A stretch of DNA of 57,760 nt, filler included, from Sphacelaria rigidula (lineage: Eukaryota), in assembly GCA_964200075.2 (NCBI GenBank). It is 4 parts of 4 records of this genome, joined end to end, with 100 filler letters (N's around TTAATTAATTAA, not from the genome) between each part and the next. Parts side by side here need not be neighbours in the genome. Positions count along the whole stretch, not along the records: positions 14,467 to 28,832 come from CAXNAA020002289.1; positions 28,933 to 43,296 come from CAXNAA020002290.1; 2 more parts are not named here. One strand, 5' to 3'. Each line of letters begins with the position of its first letter. Positions within the stretch are counted from its first letter, which is position 1. Both the position numbers and the translations under genes were made by a program. The notes beneath the pieces were generated by a model, which was not told the origin of the DNA, did no database searches, and worked only from the letters and a program-made list of their open reading frames with translations. Below, one piece after another: positions 26,659-38,470 of this stretch.

Positions 26659-28758
26659 ATGTCTCCCCCGCGAAGCTTGCCTACGGAAAGCAGCCCACAA
26701 GCTTCGCCCCATCATGCCCCGATGCTGACCCCATCCACCCAACTGGACGCAGTTGTAGTCTCATCCCCAAATGCTTTGGAAGTTCCCCGCCCTTTGTCAT
26801 GGCGAAAGAGAAAGCCCCGTAAGCATGCCCCCAAGGACCCGCGCGCATCACTACGTACCCCTCTTTCGAGCGGACATCCTCGACCTCAATCCCTCCAAAA
26901 TGCGACGGCTTTGAGCTCCACGGCCCTGTCAAGTATCACGGAAGAAACGGAATCAGATAGTTCTGACGCCTCTTCTTGTTCAATGGACGACTCCAGGCAT
27001 ATACAATCTGGATCTGCCTTAGACGCTAATCTCTGCCAACCAAAGACGATCATTTATGAAATCGCTAATGGTCATCCTAACCGTGCCACACCTGGAAATG
27101 ATAAACCGTCCACCCCCTTCTTTGGTGAAGAATCTGACCCACCGGTGGACCCACCGCCTTCTGTTTTTGCTGCCAGCCACGCCGATCCTGACCAGTGTAC
27201 CTTGCCGGAACACGGTCCGGATTGTCGGCGGCAAAGTGTCTGTAGATCCGGCCACTTTCACTTCTTGCGTTGCGATCCATGCCGGTCCAAACGCTATCAC
27301 GCCTACGAAATGCGTATCTTTGTTGGACGGCGGCAGCCCGCAGCCATTTATTCGAAAATCAACATGGAAACACATGAAACAAACTGGCGCTGCTACTTCA
27401 GCTTGCGAAACCACCACCAAACCTCGCGTGTGGGGCGGTTTCGGTGATTCTGCCGCGCCACTGACGACACGAAAATCCTTACGTCGCAGTGTACAATTCT
27501 TTCACAGCACCACTCGATCTGCCAGCCTGGCAGTCTGGGCATACATCGTCCCCGACAACACAATGCATCACGCCATATTATTGGGCAGAGGTAGCTGTAT
27601 GCGATTTAATAAACGAACCTATCGCACGCTTCCACCACCAACGCCACATTCCACGCCGCGTAGAAAATTTAACCTCGAGCACTTCGGTACTCGCCACGGC
27701 GCCCTGGCTTATCAGAAGAATCCTCAAGCGACCGGAGCTGCTTACCACCTACGATATAACGGTAGCGTGGGTATTACACTCTACGACGACCCTCAACTTC
27801 TTGAAGTTGCACTAGTTCGCCGAAATGGCATGCCAGCACTTACGGGCCACAATCTTGCTGAAATGTTACCCTGTATTGGCGCACCAGCCGACACAGAATA
27901 TTTTGTGTCGGCGGGACAACAACTCCTTCCTCTTACGGGCCATGCTAATTTGGAACCCGGCGATGTTTTAGGAATCGCCGCTGCTGCCCTGATGCACATC
28001 CCACTCGAGACGTGCGTCACAGAGCCTGCCGCGCCTAACGCCATATCTCCGGCGGAGTCAGTCCATTGTGTCGATGAACCCTATTTCGACCATGCCTCCG
28101 CGACTCCACCCCAGGTCCACACCGTGGATCCTGCCCAGTCAAATTCCGATCCTCCGGCTGAAGTGCTTTAACGCTTATCACCAAATTCTCGGAATAGTTT
28201 CTTGCACATGTGGAACCAACTGCCGCCACACATGCGCGACATCAATTTTGACCTTCATGGGCTCGGCTGGGAACCGACAGTCATCCAAGAACTCAGTGAT
28301 GTCCTGTTGCAGTACCACTATCGATTTTCCCGATCCAAGACGGATCTTGGGCATTGCAAAACACTGCCCTTTGAGGTTACCCTCCAACCCAGCGTCACGC
28401 CGATCTCTTCCCGACCATACAGGACGAACCCAATCCTTACCAAAGAGGTTAACGCCATCTTGAATGCGTATTTGGGAGCAGGACTACTACAACATTCCTC
28501 CTCTCCTTGGGCCTCGCCACTTTTGGTTGTTCCTAAAAAGGACGGAAACATACGCATCACCGTGAATTACCAACGGTTGAACCGCGTCACCGTGATTGGT
28601 AAACTTCCAATCCCCCGCATTGATGAAGTCTTCGACTAATTAGGTGAAGGAAAAATATTCAGCACCTTCGACCTCGCTTCTGGATTCTTCCAGAATGCTA
28701 TCCACCTTGACACAGTCCCACTTGCGGTTTTTTGTACCTCGTCCGGGCTTCATGAATG
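26659..28758 (+). pseudogene. Gypsy pol: aspartic protease and N-terminal RT, with stops and frameshift
   Basis: Protease LLDGGSPQPFI ... ILLGR; RT SRPYRTNP, SSSPWASPLLVVPKKDGNIRITVNYQRLN, LPIPRIDEVFD*LGEGKIFSTFDLASGFFQ. Similarity ends before YxDD. Confidence 0.85.
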
Positions 28759-29187
28759 AACAACACATTGTGCGAATTGAGGTTTAACTCCGAGATGAGG
28801 TTCAAGCCTAAAACAGTGCTTTCCCCACACTTNNNNNNNNNNNNNNNNNNNNNNNNNNNNNNNNNNNNNNNNNNNNTTAATTAATTAANNNNNNNNNNNN
28901 NNNNNNNNNNNNNNNNNNNNNNNNNNNNNNNNGAACGAACCCAAGCGTGGGAATTCCCAGCCCCTCGTTGTGCTCGGCGTTTCCCATTTCGGTTGACGTG
29001 AAGATTTTGCCTCCCAAAACCATGCACTTTTGCGGGGGGGGGGCTATCGTAGAAAGTGTTTGGTGATGAGCCTTAATGTGGGAAACACACTGTCTAGTGG
29101 TTTTGATGCGTGCATCATGCTGACATCGAGTTCTATTGGCATGAACACTGCCGCCTCAGCAACGTTGTAACGAGCGAGTGTACACGA

Positions 29188-29287
29188 GTGGCCACTGGGG
29201 TGCCCGCGACCCCAAGTTTGGACGTTACAGACGTTGCACAAGATCTGTAACGTCCAAACTTGGGGTTGCAGGCACCCCAGTGGCCAC
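29188..29287. repeat. 100-bp hairpin (inverted repeat); one arm recurs at ~42874-42912
   Basis: gtggccactggggtgcc.gc.accccaagtttggacgttacaga / tctgtaacgtccaaacttggggttgcaggcaccccagtggccac. Confidence 0.85.
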
Positions 29288-29525
29288 CCGTCTACCGTCA
29301 CAGGGCTCCGGCGACACCGACAATACATTTTATCTGATGACTGATCTCTGGTGCCTTTTGTCATGTGTACTAGAGAAAACGCTCGAGACAATCAGCGGTC
29401 ACACAGCCATGATGACCGTCTATGTGATTCCCACGGAACCCACAGTGTGAAGCGAGCATGCTGTGCTGTGGACAACACCCATAGCGAACACCGGCCTTGG
29501 GGTGTTGCGTTCTTGGTTGACTCAC

Positions 29526-32500
29526 CCTTCTCGCAACATTCGCGCTTGTCGCATTCGTCGCGGCACTTTTTGTCACCGACGTTCAGGAAGCCGCTGGGGC
29601 ACCTGTAGTCGTCCTTGCACGTCTTCACCTCTGAGAATGACACAACAGTCAACGGACGAGTCACATCTTGGCGTGAAGTATTAACTGTACACTGGAGAAA
29701 AAACCATGTCGGAATGACGCTTCATGGTTTTTAGTACTTGTGATCATTTTGAGAACACCCCAAACAAATGTATACAACCATGTATTGATATGTGATTCAG
29801 AGCGGTATCGTTGGCCCAAGATCTCTAGCGATGCTCGGCTCTCCGTGTCCAAGTCAGGATCGTGATCAGGGCGACTGATTCAAAGAGAGAACGACTCTCG
29901 CAGTCTAAATCAAAGTTTGGGCACGTTTTTGCCGACAGCTGCGCAAGGTGGCACGACTTTGAATCGAGAAATCCTGCAGTTTGTTGACTCGATTGTGATC
30001 TTGAAACGCATGCCGGTGTGTATGTTTGTGTACTTCCTGTCCCATGAGTGAGGCCGGCTATGTCACACGGGCTTCAAAAGATGACCGACTACTTCGCGTT
30101 TCTCAGTTCGAAAGGTTTGCCTGTTTTGGTCACGCACGCCTTGATGTAGGCGAGGGGCCCCAAACAATCCAGGAACCCCAAAATTGTCGTATTTCGCCTG
30201 ATTCCAGGCGGGAAAACCGCACAATCGGCTCACTTTATTTGTTGATCGCATTCCAATCAGGCATCGATCGCGACTGCAGATGTCGCGTCGTCCAAGACAC
30301 TCACCTTTCTCGCAACACTCGCGTTGGTCGCACTTTCCACGGCACTTCTTGTCACCGCGGTTCAGGAAGCCGCGGGGGCAGACGAAGTCATCCTTGCATA
30401 TCTTGACCTCTGCAACGAAAACGGCATCCAATGGCCGAGTGTCATCGTGACATCCGAGCGAGCATTGCATGCTATCCCTGGCCTTAAATGATGTGATGTT
30501 GACTGTCCTTCACGGTGTACCAATGCAAGGCTGATGACCTCCAAGTGATCACGTCATTTACTCCACCACGCCGTTTTGCCAAATGTATGACTTGCACGTT
30601 GTACCGAGCTCTACTGTCCCGTAGGGTTTCTCATTTCCTCTCCACGTGACACTTTCGACAGGTACGCGGGCCAGCTGCTTCGAACGTGTATGTGCCAATA
30701 ACGATCAACTGAAGGGTTTGCTTCCCCCAGACACTCACCCTTCTCGCAACATTCGCGCTTGTCGCACTCGCCGCTACACTCCTTTTCACCGCGGTTCAGG
30801 AAGCCGCTCGGGCAGGTGTAGTCGTCCTTGCATGTCTTCACCTCTGAGGCGGACACGGCAGCAGTGACTTCCTCTTGAATGAGATGCGGTAGCTGGTTTG
30901 TAGTACGCGAGATCTGCGGTTTGCGTGAAGATTTGCTTCTTCGATCGCTCATGCTGGATTACTCCGACTTTGCCGGCAACTCGACCCACTCTTCGATCGA
31001 GTGGGGTGCTTTACTGTACTGTGATGATCAACGTAGTGGCGAAGGTAACGAATGCATGACGACTCGTGACGCTTGGCACTGTAGTAGTCAGCATCAGAAG
31101 TTTTCAGAATTCGTATTTGCGTAGTCAGCATCAGAGTTTTTTTGGAGTGCCGTTTTTCACAACAACTTGAAAGTACGCACGCCGGGAGATCTAGAGAGAA
31201 GGCGTAGGCCGAGCTCAAACTGCAGTGCTCAAATTGGTGTTCTTGGGGCGATACTGACTTGACCGTTTTTGATCCAGCATGAGCAGTTTCCCCGCTCTTC
31301 AGCGACGAAACGGTAGACATTCAGATATTTGATACGTATAAAATTCTTCACGATAACGATCAAGATCGTGTTCCCCTCCTATACTGCACAGACCTCAGTC
31401 TAGCGTTTTTTGTGAATATCCTATATTCGGGATTTTCTCGCATAAAACTTTCCGTGAGCACTCAAAAGTTCTAGCGTCGATAGTTTTGGCAAAATAAGCA
31501 AACGGTGCTCAGGTCACGATCGCCCAAGTTGGTGTCGTTGGGGCGAAACCGGGTCAAGACCCCGTTTATCAGGGTGTTATGGACCGTAAATAAACGTAGT
31601 TTGCCTGTTATGCTTAATGACCAGGTGGAATTTCAGAAAAACATCCCTTTCGAGTACTCATATAATCCGGATCAAGTCCGTCCACCAACAATACCGAAAA
31701 GCTAGAGCCTGAGATAGTATTTTCGCAGGACCCCCGAAGATCGGTCAAGCCCGTTAGTCACTCATAATTGATCGCAGATGATATTTTTTCGGTATTTGTC
31801 GAGAGGTTCAAGATATTTCCGGATGCCCATTTTTTGGCATTCCACACTCATTGTGATGAGCGGTGGCGAGCAAAACAAGGTTGAACAATCTTCGAGAAAC
31901 TAGGAAAATACGGATTCGCACACTTTTGACGCTGACTACTGTACAGCGTCACGACAGCAACTTCGATGATGTATTTGTAGGGTGGCTCGGCAGAAAAAAA
32001 CACGAAGTTCGCGCCCGGCCAGGAGTCAGGGCGGTGACAAGAAGACCCCCTCCGTCGTCATGGTCGTTGTGCTAGATGTATACCCTCAAGATGATGGCAA
32101 AATGTTCTGAAATGATAGCTGATCTCTTGGACCGTATCCAAGCCGATTGTACACTACATACAGCTGCAGGTATTGCTCCTCCCAGACCCTCACCCTTCTC
32201 GCAGCATTCTTTCTGGTCGCACTTTCCACGGCACTCCTTGTTACCGAGGTTGAGGTAGCCGCGGGGGCACTTGAAGTCGTCTTTGCACGTCTCCTTCTCT
32301 GTAACGGCCAAAGGACATCAATAGAACACCCGCGTTGCTTCGTTTCGCCGGACCTTCCACAGACTAGAAGTGTGGCCGTTCACAACCAAGATTGTGATCG
32401 ACGGCATAAATGCGGCTCGATTGTTGCACACGTCTAATGGCGTGGGCGATGGGTTTTCAACACGTTGCACTCCACAGACAACAGCGGGGCTGTGTGTGTA

Positions 32501-35500
32501 CTGACGGTGCACTGCAACTCTACGCAGTGCTTCCTGAATAAACTCACCCTTCTCGCAGCATTCGCGCTTGTCGCACTTGCCGCGGCACTCCTTGTTACCG
32601 ACGTTCAGGAAGCCCCTGGGGCACGTGTAGTCGTCCTTGCAAGTCTTCACCTCTGCGACAGACACGGCAGCCAAGCGGTGGAAATCGTCATAGCGTCTAA
32701 CCAACGGGCGTGCTGGGCCACTTTCACAGTAGAGAACGTACCGGTAGGACCCATGGTTTTTCACCTCGACAAACTTCCAACTACTTCAAACCTGATCTGT
32801 CCCATCTAGGTAACATTTTCGGTGATCTGCGCGTTTATATGGATTTTAGAGGGGTATACTTTCATCTGGTGACTCTTGACCTAATACTCAGATCACGTGT
32901 AGTTATTAGAAGCGATCCAGACGTATTCAGATCAACTTTTTTCCGGGATGAAACCGAGGTTCAAAGGGTTCAACGCATGCCTCTAGCGGTACACATGCAA
33001 CACATACGTGAGTATATCGAATCGGACCAGTACACCTGCACCACGTCAACTCGCATGCGCATCTGCCGAGAACGATACTCGGAATCACCGGACCCAGGGG
33101 TGCCAGCTGTACCATCAGGTCACCGTTGTTGTGCGTGAGTGAACCGCGTGCTGAGAGGATCGCGCCGTAGTTCAAAACACCTCAGGATCGACGTTTTTCA
33201 AAACCAATCAGGTCAGTCCCTGGCGGTACCACGCCCCCGACCATGGGGATGTTCAAATTCGAATGCCGTCTTCCAAGCACGCGGTCCTCTCTCGCATTAC
33301 AACCGGGTCGCGGAGAAAACCCTCCATGAATATGAATTGCCTTGTACACGCTCACAGGCCTCGGGACTGCTACTTGGTGAACTCCCACAATTGCCATGTC
33401 GTATTGTTTGTCTCAAACGTACTGTGCCATGTCCGCAACCACCAAATAGTCAGCGAAAACACATTCGCACCAGTTCTTCATCCCACTTCTACAACACCAA
33501 GGGCACATGATATTGACTGCAGTCGACGGTAGATGTTACTCCTCTCGGGCACTCACCCTTCTCGCAACATTCGCGCTGGTCGCACTTGCCGCTGCACTCC
33601 TTGTCACCGCGGTTGAGGTACCCGTCAGGGCACTTGAAGTCGTCCTTGCACGTTTCCTTTTCTGTGACGACCAAATGAGCGACATCAAAAATATCGAGTC
33701 GGGAGAGCACGAAGGGGTTGGCGGGAGGGAGTTGATTGTGGTCGGCGTATCTTTTCACATCACCTGATTCCAGCGCGGATTCGCCTCCTGCTCGAGCCTA
33801 GCACGAATTCCACTGAAGCACAACACGGTCGGATACAAAAATCATATTCGGCAGCGTTCGCGGGTCGAATACAACATGCGTACACTCCACGATCGGAGCC
33901 TTTGCTATCGTTTAACCCGGGACGTTATATTGTTCGGTGAGAAGGGCTCTTTTTTTCAGCCATAACACCTTGTACCATCGAAATCGCCGACCCAACGACC
34001 TCAACCGCTGACCAAAAGCGGACCTCGACCAATACTGACTTGCGGAGTGAGCGGACTAGTCCAGTCTCACACACCAAGAGCATGGATATCGCCTTCTCAA
34101 GGCGTTGCATATGAGTGTCAACGGCGAAACCATGCATGTCCTGTCCGTGCACCACAGCACGTGTCGCTCCTCTCGGAGATTCTCACCTTTCTCGCAGCAT
34201 TCGCGCTTGTCGCACTTGCCGCGGCACTCCTTGTTACCGACGTTCAGGAAGCCGCTGGGGCACGTGTAGTCATCCTTGCAAGTCTTCACCTCTGCGATTG
34301 ACACGGCAGCCGGCGGGTGGGCGTCGTCATCGAGTTCCAGCGAAGCTGACGCACCTTGTAACTGAAGCGTGGTGGGCCGCTTCAAAGAACAGTGAGTACG
34401 AATCGCCATTACTGGCATTATTGGTGTACTGTTGTAAGTGCGTGAGAGGACCGCGTGCTTGGAGGACCGCATCGGAATTCGAACATCCCCATGGTTAGGG
34501 TTAGGGTCAGGGTTAGTGTTAGGGTTATGGTCGGGGGCGTGGTACCTGCAGGGACTGGCCCGATTGGTTTTAAAAAACGTCTATCCTGATGTATTTTGAA
34601 CTACGGCGCGGTCCTCGAAGCACGCGGTCCTCTCACGCATTACACTGTAGTTCGTTATTTTTGTTGTACTTCCAACCCTTCTTGCTCAGGACGAGCCCTT
34701 GGTCTCACCCGGTACAGGCCTTCATTTCGGTATCGCAGGTTGACTGAACATCCCCGCACGGTGCCCAGTCTCGTCAGATTGGCTTCGCAGTACAATCTCG
34801 TCATACAAGCAATATATGCGTCATTTGTATTGAGCAGCTCCATGCCCGCGTTCACTGCCGTATGCGATATCCCAGCCCCCCCGTCACATCCAAACCGAAT
34901 GCTGTAGACACTCACCCTTCTCGCAGCATTCGCGCTGGTCGCACTTGCCGCGGCAATCCTTGTCACCGCGGTTGAGGTAGCCGTCAGGGCACTTGAAGTC
35001 GTCCTTACATGTTTCTTTTTCTGTGACGCACAAGTAAGACCAATAGATCATGCAACATGTCGTGCATGGGTGTGTCAATCTCAAGCTTGCCTCATTCAGC
35101 AGGTCCTGCTTCGAAGCATCGTGGGTGGCCATAGCAATGGGTTCGGCACCGGCAGCATACGCGCTTCAGGTGTACGCAGTTCGTACCCATTGTAATGCGT
35201 GAGAGGACCGCGTGCTTAGAGGACCGGATCAGAATTTGTACATCCCCATGGTTGGGATTAGAGTTGGGGTTAGGGATAGTGTTGGGGTTATGGTCAGGGG
35301 CGTGGTATCTGCAGGGACTGGCCCGATCGGTTTCAACAAACATCGATCCTGAGGTGTGTTGAATTACGGCGCGGTCCTCTCACGCATTACACGCATGACC
35401 CAATTCTTGGCCATCCAGGACCGATCCAATAGCTTCAACGATGACGACCACGAGAGTTGCGTTGCCTCCTACACACGGGTCGATATCCTCACGACAGCCA

Positions 35501-36566
35501 CATGTTCATGATGCGCTGGTTGTTCCGGCTCTTTTCAGATTATTCCTCGCCACCAACGATATAATAATATTGCCATCCACGACCAACTGATTCATCGCCG
35601 TTGCCACGTCGTCGTGAAACTAGTGACTAGTGCACTATTTCCGACCCAACTGCGATGGTCTTGTACTGCGTGGGAAGACCGGGTGCTCAGGGCATTACAT
35701 CGTAGTTCATAACACCCCAGGATCGACGCCTTCCATAACCAATCGGGCGGGTCTCTACAGGAACCATGCCTCTGACCCTGACCCCAACCATTAACTCCAA
35801 TGCAGCCCCCCAAGCACGCTGTTCTCCCACAAATTTCATGTCTTCTCGAATAACGTTCCGATCCGGTTTCGCAAGTGGTGGGCATTTCTAATCGATTTCG
35901 ACTGTCGACTCATCGTCCACCAGCAACACATGCAACAGTCCGGACGTCGCTTACCCTTGAAGCAGCAGTCATACTTGTCGCACTTGCCACGGCATCTCTT
36001 GCGGTCGTCGCCAATTGGCTTCCACTCACCGGGGCAAGAGAAATGCTTGCACTTGTCACGCTGCTTTGTGGAGTGAGTAAACCGGTGTAGGCAAGAAGCA
36101 AACAGCACACATCATGTTGGTGATCAGTAATGCATCACATGCCGGCAAATAATTGGCCAGCGTTCGTGCCTCATGCCCTCTAGTTTTCAGTTGACAGCGA
36201 CGACGCTTCTGGTATAGATCTCATCTCGTCTTAGGCCCCACCTTCCGTATGCTGCCTCTGCGGTGCTAATCGCGCGCGAACCTACACATTCCCCGAGGAA
36301 TACTGCCGAGTAGAATATACGTCGTGAAAACGTGTACTAACGTGAAATAATTTGCGATGCCTTACCAAGTGGCACATCATGCATACGGTGTGATGGCAGT
36401 CTCCACACTCCGGCTCTGCATCCCCGGGCCACAGGCATTCCTTTCGACCGCACACTGAGTAGTGCAGGAGAATAACTGGCCTGAAACCAGATAATCTGGG
36501 CGAAGGCACCTTTGTCCTCCTTCTTTTCCCAGCATGGCTTTGTGGCCATGGGCGCTAGATTTTCGG
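29526..36566 (-). CDS. Multi-exon gene (partial) encoding a tandem six-cysteine-repeat protein, one repeat per exon
   Basis: Eight 105-nt phase-1/1 exons with CAG acceptors and GTGAG donors: 34916-35020, 34187-34291, 33557-33661, 32548-32652, 32194-32298, 30739-30843, 30305-30409, 29526-29630, e.g. EVKTCKDDYTCPSGFLNVGNKECRGKCDKRECCEK. Upstream, phase-compatible exons: 35955-36060 (RDKCKHFSCPGEWKPIGDDRKRCRGKCDKYDCCFK), 36366-36454 (CGRKECLWPGDAEPECGDCHHTVCMMCHL) and, less certain, 36510-36566. Start and stop codons not located. Confidence 0.85.
33127..33301. mobile_element. TGT...ACA MITE, copy lacking the telomere-like core
   Basis: Degenerate left TIR, right TIR cacgcggtcctctctcgcattaca, flanks ACCGT/ACCGG. 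Confidence 0.75.
34433..34644. mobile_element. TGT...ACA MITE with telomere-like core
   Basis: 24-bp TIR, internal ggttagggttagggtcagggttagtgttagggtt, TSD CTGT/CTGT. Confidence 0.9.
35191..35391. mobile_element. TGT...ACA MITE with telomere-like core
   Basis: TIR tgtaatgcgtgagaggaccgcg, flanks CCCAT/CGCAT. Confidence 0.85.
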
Positions 36567-38148
36567 CTGGTGATTGTGATGAAACACGTTATTGCTAAAC
36601 TATGTTGAATGAAGCCATACTAGAGCAAAGAGACGTTGACTATACAGGGAGCTCAGTAGATGAGAATTTCGGGCCCTCCTCGCGGAGGATATTTCAAATT
36701 TCGCGTGCCAAAATGTTTCCCGTGCGTAGTCAGTCTACTCTGATACAGGTACAAACAGCCGATCATCTATGTTGAGGATGGTGCTTTTCAATGAGGATGA
36801 GAACCCGGAGGATTAAAATCTTCGTATTCACACTAAATCTTCGAAATATGGTTCCCTTTCTTCACCTACTGATAGCTAATTATAACTGCTACATGTCCCA
36901 AACATTTGGATGTCAATAACCGAAATGTTGTGGTCCTACGGGAAAATCCAATATCGGGGAATTTCGGCGATCCGGGTCCAATGTTATGAGGAGGATGAGA
37001 TCTACAATGCAAAAGAAAACAAGGCAGGAAACAAAATACAAACGCAGGGGGATAAGGAAGGCCATGAGTTGTTCCGAGCTGTTCCAAATCCGCTTTGTCC
37101 CCAATCATCTTGGTTGAAGTACACAACTCTAGTGCTTGCATCGCGTTTCCTCGCGCAGCCGTTGTAAAACGCGTCCAGAATAGGGCCTCAAGTCAGTCCT
37201 GATTCCCCACATAACTGTAGTTGTCTAGAATCAGGTTTTGGGTTCTTATTCGACTCCCCTTCCCGGGGACATATAATATCTCGTGGGTTCCACGCCCCCT
37301 CGAACGAATTTCAACTAGTCGAGGTATGGTACCTCGATTCCATTTGCGCCCCCACCCCCCCTCCAGGACAATGCTAAACTCAGCATCGTGACCACCATGA
37401 TGAACTGTACCGGATGCAAGTAAGTGGTGAGTGATGCCGCGAGAGTCATTCTCGAGCCAGCCCAAAAATTGTGAAAAAATTGAGGCTGCATGAGGCGCCT
37501 CGTTTGGGCGACATAGGTGAAAACGACCCAAATCGTGGCAGTTCCGAACTGCTTGGTGCGCTCTTTTGCTGATTTGATTCGTTTGTGATGTATGCGATGT
37601 ATGTGTGTGTTGTCGTCCCACCTATTCTGGGCGCCGGTCTGCACCTTTCCGTGTATATGAGCGCAGCAGCCGGGGTCACCGGAAGGTCAACAGAGGAGTC
37701 TTTTTTCCTTTGTTGTTGGTAATCCATCTTTGTTTTCCGGTTCTTGCCTCTGTTTTGTTTCGCGAGAGGGGTCCAGCAGCCCTTTCTGTCGTCGACCATC
37801 GAGTCCCGTGTGCCCTTGTGGGCACAGCGTCATAGATCCGTCAGGCTGTCATCGCCGTGTTCCCGGTCATTATCCAGAATCCACTCAAAATCCTCCAGAA
37901 TCCCCATGTTCGGTCATTATCCAGATCACGACCAATTCAACATGACGTAATTTCGTCAGTACCGACGACATAGTCGCTCTTCACTGTTGAGCATTGCGTG
38001 AGAAAAAATCTCAGATTGCTTCCAGATTTGAATACATGACCCAACCGTCAGAGGGTTTCGAGGTTACCGACTGAGCCACCGGGGCGACCGACAGTGACTC
38101 ACGTGTAGATCTCGCCTCCCCAAACCAGTCACTGTCACGCGGGGCGCT

Positions 38149-38470
38149 TGTAATGCGTGAGAGGACCGCGTCCTTAGAGGACCGTGTAGTAGTCCAAAAT
38201 ACCTCCGGATCGACGTTTTTGAAAACGAATCGGGTCAGTCCCTGCAGGTACCACGCCCCGGACCTTAACCCCAATACCAACCCTAACCAGGACCGCGTCG
38301 TAGTCCAAAATGCCTCCGGATTGACGTTTTTGAAAACCAATCGGGTCGGTCCCTGCACGTACCACGCCCCGGACCCTAACACCAACACCAACCCCAACCC
38401 TAACCCTCACTACGGGGGTGTTCAAATTCCGATGCGGTCCTCTAAGCACGCGGTCCTCTCACGCATTACA
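38149..38470. mobile_element. TGT...ACA MITE with an internal ~110-bp duplication
   Basis: TIRs at both ends, TSD CGCT/CGCT, segment ggaccg.gt.gtagtccaaaat.cctccggat present twice. Confidence 0.9.

Larger units (their letters stand above)
19676..28760 (+). mobile_element. Large Ty3/Gypsy LTR retrotransposon, 3' part not visible (ends near assembly gap)
   Basis: Putative LTR TGTCA...TTGACA 19676-20160, PBS-like TGGCGTTCGACTAAGGA at 20162, gag region with CCHC knuckle, protease and RT N-terminus. Confidence 0.8.

Noticed and set aside
29526-35020. 105-bp repeats with unique intervening sequence considered as a repeat-spacer array or dispersed transposon
   Set aside because: Each copy is bounded exactly by AG/GT, is open in the same phase and conserves cysteines; they are exons.
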